Part shown: positions 49,034 to 59,733 of the stretch, one piece after another
Layout of the letters: the number at the start of each line of letters is the position of its first letter
How positions within the stretch are numbered: the stretch's first letter is position 1
Source: Selaginella moellendorffii
Lineage: Eukaryota > Plantae > Lycopodiophyta
NCBI RefSeq assembly: GCF_000143415.4
Contig: NW_003314279.1
Coordinates: 1,997,679 to 2,061,678, forward strand
DNA length: 64,000 bases
Reading direction: 5' to 3'
The notes under the pieces: generated by a model
The model's database searches: none
What the model saw: the letters and a program-made list of their open reading frames with translations, nothing else
What the model was told of the DNA's origin: nothing
Program-made: the position numbers and the translations under genes

Positions 49034-50652
49034 ATGGCTATGGCGGAGGAGAAGAGAAGAGAGGTTTTGCTCGACGACGACACGCTCATCGCCATTTTTC
49101 GGCTGCTGCTGCCGCGATCGCTTGCCAGATGCGCTGCGGTCTGCTCCCAATGGTGAGTCTCGATCGAGCTTGCAGGAAATATGTCCCTGATCGATTCAAT
49201 GCCTTGCTCCAGGCACAGGCTAGTAACTTCACAGCTCATGAAAGACGCATGCAGTAGACATGGGGGTTTACTGTATAGCGATCCCTCGCGTTGCAAAGAG
49301 ATTATGATCAGAACGGAGCAGTTTGATCGACTTTTTACATGCAACCCGAGCGTTCTTTCTTCTCAAGCTCACTCTGGCAGGTAAGCTCTAATTTTCGTCT
49401 TGTGATTTTCCAGCCCGAAGTTTCTCCAGAGTGAACTGCTGTCACTGGTCGATGGACACACTTGCAACAGGTTCCAGTGATAATGTAAGCTCGTCTAGAA
49501 AAAAAATTTCTTACGTTTTCTTGCTTTTAATGCTTTATTTCATGGTGGCAGACTGTTAGTGTTTGGTCGATGGATTCCATGCAATGCATGGAAGAATACA
49601 GAGTTCCAGATAGCGTCGCAGCTGTTAAGTTTGATGGAAGCAGAGTAAGTTCTCTAGTTGCTGGCCAATTCAAAGACTTCCATCCAGATATTCGCAGCGG
49701 CTGGCAAGGATGTCCACATATGGAAACGTGGGAACCGCGAAACTCTTCGAGTTCTTGGAGGTCACAACCAACGCTTGCATTCTATGCAGTAAGACTACGC
49801 TATCGAAGCTTGAAATGTTTTTTCTTGATTGTTTTCCTTTCTGTTAGCTGCATCGATCCTGAGTTAGCGGTGGGCTGTGCGGATGGCACAGTAAGGATTT
49901 TTGACATGTACACTGGTCGCTGCTCGATGCTCTTAAGGTGCGTTCCTTTTTTGTTGAATGAAACTCTCAGACGTTCTTTGCAGGCACCACACGGAAAAGG
50001 TAACGTGTATCAGATCTTTAAATAAGCCCAGTGTACTAGTTAGCGGCTCCTATGACTGCTCCGTGCGACTGTGGGATCCTTTGTCGGGAGAGAACGTTCG
50101 AAACTACTTTCCGGCTTCTTCAGGTGCAGTCGCTCAACCCTTCGCAACTTCTATGAACTTGATAGCTCATCCCCTTACCAACAGGCATTTCCTGCCTTCA
50201 TGTGGGAAAGGACAGGATTGAGCTCATCGTTGGAACTGTATTGGGCGACATAGATTGCTTCGATATCCGGTACAATCTCTTCCAACTGCTTGGTTTTCAG
50301 CTAGTTTCAACGTTTTTTCTTTTGTAGAGTCGGAGGTAGGCGGCCTTTGTGGTCTAGGCGCAGTAGTAACGGTCCAATCAACAGCATCCACTGGCCAACC
50401 TATACACTCGACAATTCATGCATGATAAAGGCGATTCTGATCGGGGGAAACGATGGCAAGCTGCATCTTATCAATAGCGACACCGGCCGCACCTTTCGTA
50501 CGTTTACGCGCGACGGTCACTCTTCTCCAGTTTTATCAGCGAGGCTGGGACATACTCGGTTCGTGTCGTGTCATGCCGATGGCACCGTGACAAGGTGGAT
50601 ATTTGATCAAGGACGTACCCGCGTCGGCTTCGCCATCTGCCAAGCGTGTTAG
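49034..50652 (+). CDS. F-box/WD40 protein, multi-exon
   Basis: LDDDTLIAIFRLLLPRSLARCAAVCSQW, then AHSGRVNC..LATGSSD, AVGCADGTVRIFD, LVSGSYDCSVRLWD. Confidence 0.85.
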
Positions 50653-51052
50653 ATCTAATCAACTTCGTTATCAAGGTAATACTCTCCTTGCTTTTTTCTT
50701 GTTTCCTAACGCCAAATCATCCCAGACATTTCAACAGAACATGAAAATCCAGAGACTAGTCCGCTGCATTGCTTTCAAGCAAAGTTTCTCGGCTTTTCCG
50801 GTCTTTGGAATGCGTATAACTTTCCTGGAATCCTCGAACCGCACGACTGTTGTCTAGCAGCCAGCACCAGGTTCTCGTTTTCCTAGCAATCTCTAGCACC
50901 AATTTTTTCTACTGTGTCTCCAGATGTGAGCGAGACAATGGCTTAACTTGAGTATAAGAGTCGCAACATGCTTTGAAATAGCCGTCAAGCTCAACGCTCA
51001 AACAATTATATGGGTACGCTTATGATCCGCCTTGTCTAATAGATCGACTAAG

Positions 51053-52948
51053 TTACTGCCTAGAAGGAAGTTTTACCGTACGTATAGCTCCCAAGCTACC
51101 GGAAGAACGATCTTCGCTGCGACGATCGTGAAGTGCTGCTGTCTCACCCAGCCCCCACCTCCGCATGAAGGCCTCCGTCTCCACATCCTCCACTAGTCCA
51201 GCTCGCGTCTTCATGACGTGCGTGGTGGCTCTGTGGAGCTCGACCTCGGCAGCTTTCATGATGCACGCCAGATCCAGGTCGTCCTCTTTCTTCCAGGTCG
51301 GGACGAACGCCTGGAAGTCGACGGAGTCCATCGCCGGCTCTGGGCTGGAGGAAGGAAGCTGGAGCTTTGGAACCGGGGCGGCTATGGGGATGTAGCGCGT
51401 GGAGGCGGCGTCGCCTTCGTCCTCCTCTTCCGGGATGGGTGCCAATATCCAGTTGCCTTCGTAGACTGGGGATCCCAGAGGCTCGGGGGCTTGAGCGGAC
51501 TCGTCGCCTTCTTCGAGCATCTTGAGGAACTGTCGCGCGACCGAGTTGGCCTCGTCGTAAATGTTAGTGGCAGAGCGGTCAGTGCTATCAGCGGTGTGGT
51601 CCTCATGGATCTTCGGTGTGACTTTGGCGATGGCAAGCTCCTTGCCCGTCTCTGCTATGGAATCCACCTCTTCCTCCGAGCCGGTTGAGTCGTCCAGGCT
51701 GTAGTCTTCTTTGGAGATCTCCACGGGCTCTTCGATAGTCGGCTTCTTCTCGCGTCGCTTTGATGATGCGTCGGAGGTGCTCTGGATCTGTGCTTGCACG
51801 AGAGAGCAAAGCATGGAGTCGAGGCGGCTGTCCGGGGCGGTTCTCAGGTCCTCCTCGTCTTGGTTGTGATCTTCGCCACCTTGGTCGTTGTCCGAGCAAG
51901 AAGACGAGCACGCCTCCTGCGCGAGGCCTGCGAGATCGGGCATCGACTTGAGCGACTCGGAGCGGGCAAAGAGCGTGGACGAGACGTTGACGAGGCCGCT
52001 GAGAGGACGGAGCCGCCGCCAGAGTGCTGGGCGATTGTGCTGCTGCTCGTTGGCGAATCGGCAGCTCTCGGTTCGGATGGATGGATTTGAAGGAGCTGGA
52101 ACAGCGGTTGTCGCAGCACCGCCACCACCACCACTGCTTTTGGAGAAGTTGACAAACTCGTAGCCAATGCTTGCGACCACACTGGCGCCTTTGAGGTTCT
52201 CGGAAGCACTGATCATGAAAGCGGCAGTCCAGGCGCTCGAGGCGGCAAAGTCGGCGGTGTCGCCGATCGCGGCTGGGAGAATGCTGCCGAGGTCGAGCGT
52301 GAGCTCGCCAAGAACCGCCTGATCGAAGCTCGACACGATGAGCAGCTGGAACGACTTGGACACCGGGTGCTTGATGGCGTGCGGCGAAGCCCTGGACGCC
52401 CTCACCTTGGAGTGGAGATGGAGCGTCTCCTCGAATTCAACGCTGCCATTGAGCGCCCGCGACGCCAGAGTCTTGGAAGAACGCGCCTTGCGCAGGCAGT
52501 GGACCTCGAGGAGGATGCCGTGCGTGAGGTAGACGGGGAGATCGCGAATGGCGTGGATGTGGATGGAGAAGACGCAATCGAATGCCCGGTAGTGGAAGAA
52601 GCGCCAGCCCCAAAACCTCTGCTGCTGCTGTTGCTGCTCCTGCTGCCGAATCGGATGATCCTTCTTCTTGCTGTTCTTCGCGTTGTTCTTCGCGACCTTT
52701 GGCTGCTCAAAACCCTGGGAGTGCGTGAAATATCGCCTCCATTCCCCCGCCTCCGGCCGTGGCGCTGCGTCTTTGCCTGCATTGTAGCTCGCTGGCCCCG
52801 ATCGCGACTGGCTCGCCGCGGCCTTCGATCCGGGCGGCTTGAGCAGCCTCGAGCTCGGCTTCTCGGTCGCATCAAACATCCTGCCCATCTCCCTGCCGAA
52901 ATACCCAGCTCCAAACATCAAGAAAATGCCGCCGCGGTCAAGAAACAA
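51053..52948 (-). CDS. NT-C2 domain protein, PMI1/PMIR-like (short)
   Basis: FDCVFSIHIHAIRDLP...SRALNGSVEFEETL, SVARQFLKML, KTRAGLVEDVETEAFMRRWGL. Confidence 0.8.
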   Translation of the reverse strand: MFLDRGGIFLMFGAGYFGREMGRMFDATEKPSSRLLKPPGSKAAASQSRSGPASYNAGKDAAPRPEAGEWRRYFTHSQGFEQPKVAKNNAKNSKKKDHPIRQQEQQQQQQRFWGWRFFHYRAFDCVFSIHIHAIRDLPVYLTHGILLEVHCLRKARSSKTLASRALNGSVEFEETLHLHSKVRASRASPHAIKHPVSKSFQLLIVSSFDQAVLGELTLDLGSILPAAIGDTADFAASSAWTAAFMISASENLKGASVVASIGYEFVNFSKSSGGGGGAATTAVPAPSNPSIRTESCRFANEQQHNRPALWRRLRPLSGLVNVSSTLFARSESLKSMPDLAGLAQEACSSSCSDNDQGGEDHNQDEEDLRTAPDSRLDSMLCSLVQAQIQSTSDASSKRREKKPTIEEPVEISKEDYSLDDSTGSEEEVDSIAETGKELAIAKVTPKIHEDHTADSTDRSATNIYDEANSVARQFLKMLEEGDESAQAPEPLGSPVYEGNWILAPIPEEEDEGDAASTRYIPIAAPVPKLQLPSSSPEPAMDSVDFQAFVPTWKKEDDLDLACIMKAAEVELHRATTHVMKTRAGLVEDVETEAFMRRWGLGETAALHDRRSEDRSSGSLGAIRTVKLPSRQ

Positions 52949-53964
52949 CAGCTTACCGCGGCGATCGCAAAGAAAGAATGGTCAGCTTATGGCGCGGGCG
53001 CGCGCGCGCGCTGGCATGGAAGCGAAGAACCCTAAAATTCTCTCCCCACCACTCTCTGAATCAATGCAGCACACCGGCACTAAATCTTTGTTTTCTACTT
53101 CAAAATACCGGTAGCGCGGGATATGGGTTTGATCCTCGCGGGCCATTTATTCCAACGCCTGGCAAAATCTGGGCCGTTGATCTGCCAAGGCCAGAATTTT
53201 AGAGTAACTTTGCCGCATTTTAAAAAAGTCACACTCCATTTTTAGGGCTCTTGCCCATGAGCCTCTAGGGTTTCAATTCCTTTGAGACAAGAATCCACAG
53301 CGCCTTGGAGCGGCCGTGGGCGCCGCGATAGATCCGCTCTCGCAACTCGAGGTACTGTAAATCCTCCCGTGCTCTCTCTGTTCAAGGTCGAATTTTTTTC
53401 TTTCGTTCTTTCTTTTTTCCTTTCGTTTTCTTTGGTCCGGCCCTTTCGTGAATTGCCCCGATCTGCGAGAATTTTGCCTTGTTTTCCTTAGCTCGACAAA
53501 ATTGCAGGGCTGCATGTCCGCTACTTCTTGAGTTTTCTAAGAGTTTGTAAAGTTAGCGGAGAAAAGCAATTGGGCAAACACCTTGTGTTTGTTCCTGTGA
53601 GGCGGAGGAAAAAAAAAAAGACCCTACAAAGCACGCTGGGAAAAATGCTACTGGATATCAAAAACTGTGTATGAGACACATACTGGAGAAAGATCCTCTT
53701 ATTTTACCTGAAAACTTCGATCTCGATCGACTCTTTGCTTTTTCTTGTGAGTGTGCCTTTTGTGAGTGTGCCTCGTGTCATTACTTCTTTGACTATCACA
53801 CCGCTGTTCTCTCTCGTATTGCTTGCCCGCTTGCTTTGTGTGCTGGAGCTTGAGTGTGGCTTCAGTGTTCTTCGTTTTGCTTTGCTTCGTTTTTCTGGTT
53901 CCTCGTTTTTAATGGTTGTTGACAGTGGCATAGTTGTATAACAGGTAGTGAAATCTCTCTCAGA

Positions 53965-55278
53965 ATGCCAAAGGATAAAAGTAGCAGCACTTTCTCAAAT
54001 AAGTCTCATGATTTGTTTTACAAGCCTTACTCGACAACGCGGGGGGCATCGCCCAAGCAGGAGGACACCGCCGAGTGGGAGGACGTGACTTGCCCGATAT
54101 GCATGGAGTCACCCCACAACGCAGTGCTCCTCCTGTGCTCCTCCTCGGACAAAGGCTGCCGCCCCTATATGTGCGATACCAGCTATCGCCACGCAAACTG
54201 TCTAGACCAGTACATCAAAGCTCACGCGAAAGCTCAGTCACCCAGCAACGCCAGCGTCAACACCTTCATCACCAGCGGCGGCGGCGCATCTCTGAACTCA
54301 CCGGCTGCTCGCTCCGCCGCCACCTCCGCCGCTAGAGGACCGACAGACATATCCGGACATATCGAGCTATACAAGGCTTGCAAAGGCTTGGAGCTCGTGT
54401 GCCCGCTGTGCCGGGGCAAAGTTAGCGGCTGGAAGGTGGTGGAGAGAGCCCGGCAGAAGCTCAACGTGAAGCGGCGGGGCTGCGCTCACGACTCGTGCGC
54501 GTACGTCGGGGCTTACGACCAGCTGCGCAAGCACGCCAGATATGTGCATCCTTACGCTCGCCCCTCGGAGGTTGATCCGGCTCGCCAGAGGGACTGGTGG
54601 CGGCTCGAGAGCCAGAGGGACTTGGGCGACGTTTTCAGCACCATCCAGTCGGCGATGCCGGGGGCGACTATCGTCGGGGACTACGTGATCGAGGATGGCG
54701 ACGAGGAGGACGAGGAGCGGGACGAGGAGCACGAGCACGAGTTCGATCTGGAGCACGAGCACGACGACGAGGACGAGGACGACGACGAGGACCAGTTCCA
54801 CGACAACAACGCTGGCGTTGGCGGTGGTGGCAGTGGTGGCGGTGGTGGTGGTGGCGGCGGCGGCAGCGGTGCTAGCGGCTCGCCCGTCGCGGGTGTGGAC
54901 CGCAACTTGTGGACGATGCTGTTTCTCTTCCGAGTCTTTGGGGGATCGTCGTCTTCGTCCTCTGCCGCTAGCAGCCGAGATCATCACACGAGCAGCAGCG
55001 GTGGGAGCAGCCACTCTCATCACCAGCAGCAGCAGCAGCATCGCGCTCACGGCGGCAGCAGCCGCCAGCAGCATTACCAACCCCGTCACCGCCATCACCT
55101 CGGTGTGGCTCCGCCGCCCAGGAGCTACCGAGGAGCCACATCGCCATACTTTGCGCCCCGTGGTGGTGGAAGCTCCTCGAGCGGCAGCAGCCGCGCTGCG
55201 ATGATGGATCGCAATAGGACGACGACTTCGTCTTCGTCATCGGCGTCTAGAAATCGACGCCGGAGCCACCATCGCTGA
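53965..55278 (+). CDS. DUF1644 zinc-finger-like protein
   Basis: WEDVTCPICMESPHNAVLLLCSSSDKGCRPYMCDTSYRHANCLDQ, CPLCRGKVSGW, YDQLRKHAR..HP..RPSEVDP. Confidence 0.92.
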   Translation: MPKDKSSSTFSNKSHDLFYKPYSTTRGASPKQEDTAEWEDVTCPICMESPHNAVLLLCSSSDKGCRPYMCDTSYRHANCLDQYIKAHAKAQSPSNASVNTFITSGGGASLNSPAARSAATSAARGPTDISGHIELYKACKGLELVCPLCRGKVSGWKVVERARQKLNVKRRGCAHDSCAYVGAYDQLRKHARYVHPYARPSEVDPARQRDWWRLESQRDLGDVFSTIQSAMPGATIVGDYVIEDGDEEDEERDEEHEHEFDLEHEHDDEDEDDDEDQFHDNNAGVGGGGSGGGGGGGGGGSGASGSPVAGVDRNLWTMLFLFRVFGGSSSSSSAASSRDHHTSSSGGSSHSHHQQQQQHRAHGGSSRQQHYQPRHRHHLGVAPPPRSYRGATSPYFAPRGGGSSSSGSSRAAMMDRNRTTTSSSSSASRNRRRSHHR

Positions 55279-55419
55279 GCAAAGACGAGAGCAAAGTTCT
55301 TATTTCTTCCTTTTTTCAAATCAAATAGCCCGCCCAAGGGTATATTCCACTTCTCTGCTTTTTTGAATTCAAATCACCCGCATATTCTCTCATTTTTAGG
55401 GTTCTTGGGGCTAGGGTTT

Positions 55420-57981
55420 ATGGCGACCGCGATCTTGTGGAGCGCGCATTCTCCGCCTCTCCCGCAATGCGGCGTCTCGATCGGAGTGTTTCGAACGTCC
55501 CGAGCAGGGGCATCGGCTTCGGCGGCGGTGGCGCCGTCCTGTGCCACTGGTGCCGACGAGATTTTCAGCGTGCGCGGTGCCGAGGAGGCGTCCAAGCAGA
55601 TCGAGACGAGAGTCGCCAAGCTGGTGAGTGCCTTCTCGTCGCCGGGGGGGAAATCACAGGATCTGGAGGGTGTAGCGCTGTGTCCTCGTGTGGCGGGGCG
55701 TGTCCTAGAGAGGATGTCCGACCCAGATGCCGCGCTGCGCTTCTTCCACTGGGCGAGCAAGCAGCAGGGCTTCGATCACAACGTCTACACCTACAATCGC
55801 CTGTTTGAGGCGCTGCTGCGGGCTCGCCGGATCGATGAGACTTGCCACATCCTTAAGAACGGGTGGCCTCCCGGGATCACGCCCAACGTCTTCACGTATG
55901 CTGTGGTGATCCAGGGCCTGTGTAAGTCCGGGGATCTGGACAAGGCTTGCGAGCTCCTGGAGGAGATGAGAGAATCCGGGCCCGTCCCAGATGCCGCGAT
56001 TTACAACTTCGTCATCCATGCTCTCTGCAAGGCCAGGAACACCGCAAAGGCTCTCGACTACTTTAGAAGCATGGAATGTGAAAAGAATGTGATCACGTGG
56101 ACCATTATGATCGATGGCCTCTGCAAGGCGAATCGCCTGCCCGAGGCCACCACCTATTTCGCGAAGATGAAGAAGAAAGGTACTGTGCCTAACGAGTGGA
56201 CTTACAATGTGCTGATCAATGGATTTTGCAAGGTACACAAGGTGCACAGAGCCTACTTGCTGCTCAAGGAGATGAAAGAGTCGGGGCTTGCTCCAAATGT
56301 GGTGACTTACAGCACGGTTATCCATGGATTCTGCCGGCAGACAAAGGTTGACACGGCTTACAAGCTCTTCCGGCAAATGGTGGAGAACGGCTGCATGCCA
56401 AACCTTGTGACTTACAACACGCTGCTCTCGGGGCTGTGCCGCAATGGGCTCATGGACGAGGCTTATGAGCTTTTGGACGAGATGAGGGAACGGGGGCTCC
56501 AGCCGGACAAGTTCAGCTATGACACCCTCATGGCTGGGCTTTGCAAGACTGGGAAGATCGATATGGCTTTGAAAGTCTTCGAGGATAACAGCAACGGTGA
56601 TTGTCCTCCGGACGTTGTAGCTTACAGCACTCTCATCGCTGGGCTTTGCAAGGCTGGAAGGCTGGACGAGGCTTGCAAGCTCTTTGAGAAAATGCGAGAG
56701 AACTCCTGCGAGCCTGACGTTGTCACTTTCACGGCACTCATGGATGGACTGTGCAAAGGGGACCGTTTGCAAGAGGCGCAACAGGTTTTGGAGACGATGG
56801 AGGACCGGAACTGCACTCCCAACGTGATCACTTACAGCAGCCTGATCGACGGGCTTTGCAAGACTGGCCAGGTGCGAGACGCTCAAGAGGTTTTCAAGAG
56901 AATGATAGTCCGGGGCATTGAGCCAAACGTGGTGACTTACAACAGCTTGATCCATGGCTTTTGCATGACCAACGGGGTAGACTCCGCACTTTTGCTAATG
57001 GAAGAGATGACAGCAACAGGGTGCCTTCCGGATATCATCACCTACAACACACTTATTGACGGACTTTGCAAGACGGGAAGGGCGCCGGAAGCGAACAGGC
57101 TGTTTGGAGACATGAAGGCCAAGTTTTGCAACCCGGATGTTATCACGTACAGCTGCTTGATCGGCGGGTTTTGTAAGCTGGAGAGAATCGACATGGCTCG
57201 CACGTTGTTCGATGACATGCTCAAGCAGGCAGTCCTCCCCGATGTCGTCACTTTCTCGACACTAGTGGAAGGATACTGTAATGCTGGACTGGTGGATGAT
57301 GCCGAGAGGCTTCTGGAAGAGATGGTTGCCAGTGACTGCTCTCCGGACGTGTATACTTACACAAGCCTGGTCGACGGCTTCTGCAAAGTCGGAAGAATGG
57401 TGGAGGCGCGCAGAGTTCTCAAGCGAATGGCCAAGCGGGGATGCCAGCCCAACGTGGTGACTTACACCGCTCTCATTGACGCGTTCTGCAGAGCTGGGAA
57501 GCCGACGGTGGCTTACAGGCTGTTGGAGGAGATGGTTGGCAACGGCGTCCAGCCGAACGTTATCACGTACAGGAGCTTGATCGGTGGCTTCTGTGGGACT
57601 GGGGACCTGGAAGAGGCTCGCAAGATCCTCGAGAGACTGGAGCGCGACGAGAACTGCAAGGCGGATATGTTCGCGTACCGGGTGATGATGGACGGGCTGT
57701 GTAGAACAGGGAGAATGAGCGCAGCTCTGGAGCTTCTCGAGGCCATCAAGCAGAGTGGCACGCCTCCTCGCCACGATATCTATGTGGCGTTGATCAGGGG
57801 GCTGTGCCAGGGGAAGGAGCTCGGCAAAGCCATGGAAGTTTTGGAAGAGATGACGCTCTCGAGGAAAAGCAGGCCAAATGCCGAGGCTTACGAGGCGGTG
57901 ATCCAGGAGCTAGCAAGAGAAGGGAGGCACGAAGAGGCAAACGCGCTCGCAGACGAATTACTTGGTAACAAAGGCCAGTAA
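55420..57981 (+). CDS. P-class PPR protein, organelle targeted
   Basis: About 20 canonical 35-aa repeats (PNVVTYNTLIDGLCK.G) and a transit-like N-terminus from ATG 55420. Confidence 0.93.
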   Translation: MATAILWSAHSPPLPQCGVSIGVFRTSRAGASASAAVAPSCATGADEIFSVRGAEEASKQIETRVAKLVSAFSSPGGKSQDLEGVALCPRVAGRVLERMSDPDAALRFFHWASKQQGFDHNVYTYNRLFEALLRARRIDETCHILKNGWPPGITPNVFTYAVVIQGLCKSGDLDKACELLEEMRESGPVPDAAIYNFVIHALCKARNTAKALDYFRSMECEKNVITWTIMIDGLCKANRLPEATTYFAKMKKKGTVPNEWTYNVLINGFCKVHKVHRAYLLLKEMKESGLAPNVVTYSTVIHGFCRQTKVDTAYKLFRQMVENGCMPNLVTYNTLLSGLCRNGLMDEAYELLDEMRERGLQPDKFSYDTLMAGLCKTGKIDMALKVFEDNSNGDCPPDVVAYSTLIAGLCKAGRLDEACKLFEKMRENSCEPDVVTFTALMDGLCKGDRLQEAQQVLETMEDRNCTPNVITYSSLIDGLCKTGQVRDAQEVFKRMIVRGIEPNVVTYNSLIHGFCMTNGVDSALLLMEEMTATGCLPDIITYNTLIDGLCKTGRAPEANRLFGDMKAKFCNPDVITYSCLIGGFCKLERIDMARTLFDDMLKQAVLPDVVTFSTLVEGYCNAGLVDDAERLLEEMVASDCSPDVYTYTSLVDGFCKVGRMVEARRVLKRMAKRGCQPNVVTYTALIDAFCRAGKPTVAYRLLEEMVGNGVQPNVITYRSLIGGFCGTGDLEEARKILERLERDENCKADMFAYRVMMDGLCRTGRMSAALELLEAIKQSGTPPRHDIYVALIRGLCQGKELGKAMEVLEEMTLSRKSRPNAEAYEAVIQELAREGRHEEANALADELLGNKGQ

Positions 57982-58365
57982 AAAGAGATTGTAATCACAA
58001 ATCCTGAATATTGTGTGAATACTATAGATGTTCTCCTGGTATGTTTCCTAAGGCTTTTGCAGAAATCAACAACAGTGGCCGTAAAACTTATGTTCGATAC
58101 CACTCATTTGCTAGCGATAAGGCAAAGGCTATATTATCCATCGTGTCATAATAGAATGTCATTGACTTTTTCAACCCGTGAGAATTCTAGCATCTCTTTA
58201 GCAAAAAATGATTCCCTAGATCACATCCATAATAGATGGACCACCAGCATCACTTTTTCACCTGATTGTTAACTTTCATTTTTTCCTTCTTGATTTTTTT
58301 GAAAGTTCTTGATCGTAAGCCACAAATTTTTCATTTTTGTCTATTCAACCACGTTCCAATTTTTT

Positions 58366-58549
58366 TTAGCCTTATGTCTATTCAATTACGTACTACATGA
58401 ACAACCAAAGGTTCCCACTTATTGTACCAATTCTTTCTTAGCCTTATGTAGATTCAACTACGTACTACATGAACAACCAAAGGTTCCCACTTATTGTACC
58501 AATTCTTTCTTAGCCTTATGTAGATTCAACTACGTACTACATGAACAAC
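58366..58549. repeat. 72-bp tandem repeat, ~2.5 copies, upstream of the terpene synthase
   Basis: ttagccttatg recurs at 58366, 58438 and 58510. Confidence 0.92.
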
Positions 58550-58652
58550 ATGAGCAACACAAGCAAGAAAACAACCATTCAACTGTTCAGTTTCTATTTT
58601 TATTTATAAAGCCCTCTTTTACAGTTTAAAGTTCATGTAGGACTCTTCTTTC

Positions 58653-59699
58653 ATGGCTGTTTCATCCATTGTGAGCATTTTCGCAGCAGAGAAAAGATAT
58701 TCCATTCCACCAGTGTGTAAACTCCTTGCCTCTCCAGTGCTGAATCCTCTGTACGATGCAAAGGCCGAGTCTCAGATCAATGCGTGGTGCGCCGAGTTTC
58801 TGAAGTTGCAACCTGGAAGCGAGAAAGCTGTGTTTGTTCAAGAAAGCAGGCTTGGATTGCTCGCGGCTTATGTTTACCCGACCATTCCATACGAGAAGAT
58901 TGTTCCGGTTGGAAAGTTCTTCGCTTGGTACTTTCTTGCAGATGACATTCTGGATAGCCCGGAGATCTCCTCGTCGGACATGAGGAATGTGACAACTGCA
59001 TACAAGATGGTTTTAAAGGGAAAATTCGACGAGGCCACGCTTCCAGTGAAAAATCCGGAGCTGCTGAGGCAAATGAAGATGTTATCTGAGGTCTTGGAAG
59101 AATTGTTCCTCCATATAGTGGATGAATCAGGCCGATTCGTGGATGCTCTGACCAAGGTGCTCGACATGTTTGAGATTGAATCGAGCTGGCTTCGCAAGCA
59201 AATCATTCCCAACTTGGATACGTACCTCTGGCTGAGAGAGATCACATCTGGTGTTGCTCCTTGCTTTGCTCTGATTGATGGTTTACTGCAACTTAGGCTG
59301 GAGGAGCGTGGCGTGCTGGATCATCCTCTCATACGCAAGGTTGAGGAGATTGGGACGCACCACATTGCGCTCCACAATGACATGATCTCGTTCAGGAAGG
59401 AGTGGGCGAAAGGATACTACCTCAATGCCGTGCCCATTCTCGCCAGCAATTGTAAGTGTGGCTTGAACGAGGCAATTGGCAAGGTTGCGAGCATGGTGGA
59501 GGATGTGGAGAAGGATTTCGCCCAGACAAAGCATGAGATCGTTTCAAGTGGGCTTGCCATGAAGCAAGGAGTCATGGACTATGTGAACGGGATAGAGGTG
59601 TGGATGGCCGGAAACGTAGAATGGGCATGGACGAGCGCTAGATACCATGGAATTGGGTGGATCCCTCCTCCAGAAAAATCAGCGACCTTCCAACTCTAG
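58653..59699 (+). CDS. Microbial terpene synthase-like protein (MTPSL), intronless
   Basis: 348-aa single-domain class I TPS with DDILD, R in WLREITSG, NDMISFRKE (NSE/DTE) and WxxxxRY. It resembles Selaginella MTPSL1/17/26-type sequences as I recall them. Confidence 0.93.
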   Translation: MAVSSIVSIFAAEKRYSIPPVCKLLASPVLNPLYDAKAESQINAWCAEFLKLQPGSEKAVFVQESRLGLLAAYVYPTIPYEKIVPVGKFFAWYFLADDILDSPEISSSDMRNVTTAYKMVLKGKFDEATLPVKNPELLRQMKMLSEVLEELFLHIVDESGRFVDALTKVLDMFEIESSWLRKQIIPNLDTYLWLREITSGVAPCFALIDGLLQLRLEERGVLDHPLIRKVEEIGTHHIALHNDMISFRKEWAKGYYLNAVPILASNCKCGLNEAIGKVASMVEDVEKDFAQTKHEIVSSGLAMKQGVMDYVNGIEVWMAGNVEWAWTSARYHGIGWIPPPEKSATFQL

Positions 59700-59733
59700 A
59701 TTGTTGCTCAAATAGTAATTAATAATTTCTCTC

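Noticed and set aside
52992-53011. Alternating CG run (Z-DNA potential)
   Set aside because: It is short and within a GC-rich leader, with nothing else supporting a function.
55705-56955. 416-aa antisense ORF inside the P-class PPR (similar ones in other GC-rich genes)
   Set aside because: Explained by codon bias and repeat periodicity of the sense gene; no independent motifs.
58309-58629. 106-aa ORF with 24-aa repeats, or a CRISPR-like array
   Set aside because: This is a by-product of a 72-bp tandem repeat. The units are contiguous with no unique spacers.
44686-59699. Terpenoid biosynthetic gene cluster (UGT + MTPSL)
   Set aside because: The genes are 12 kb apart, separated by unrelated genes, with no P450 or prenyltransferase in the window.
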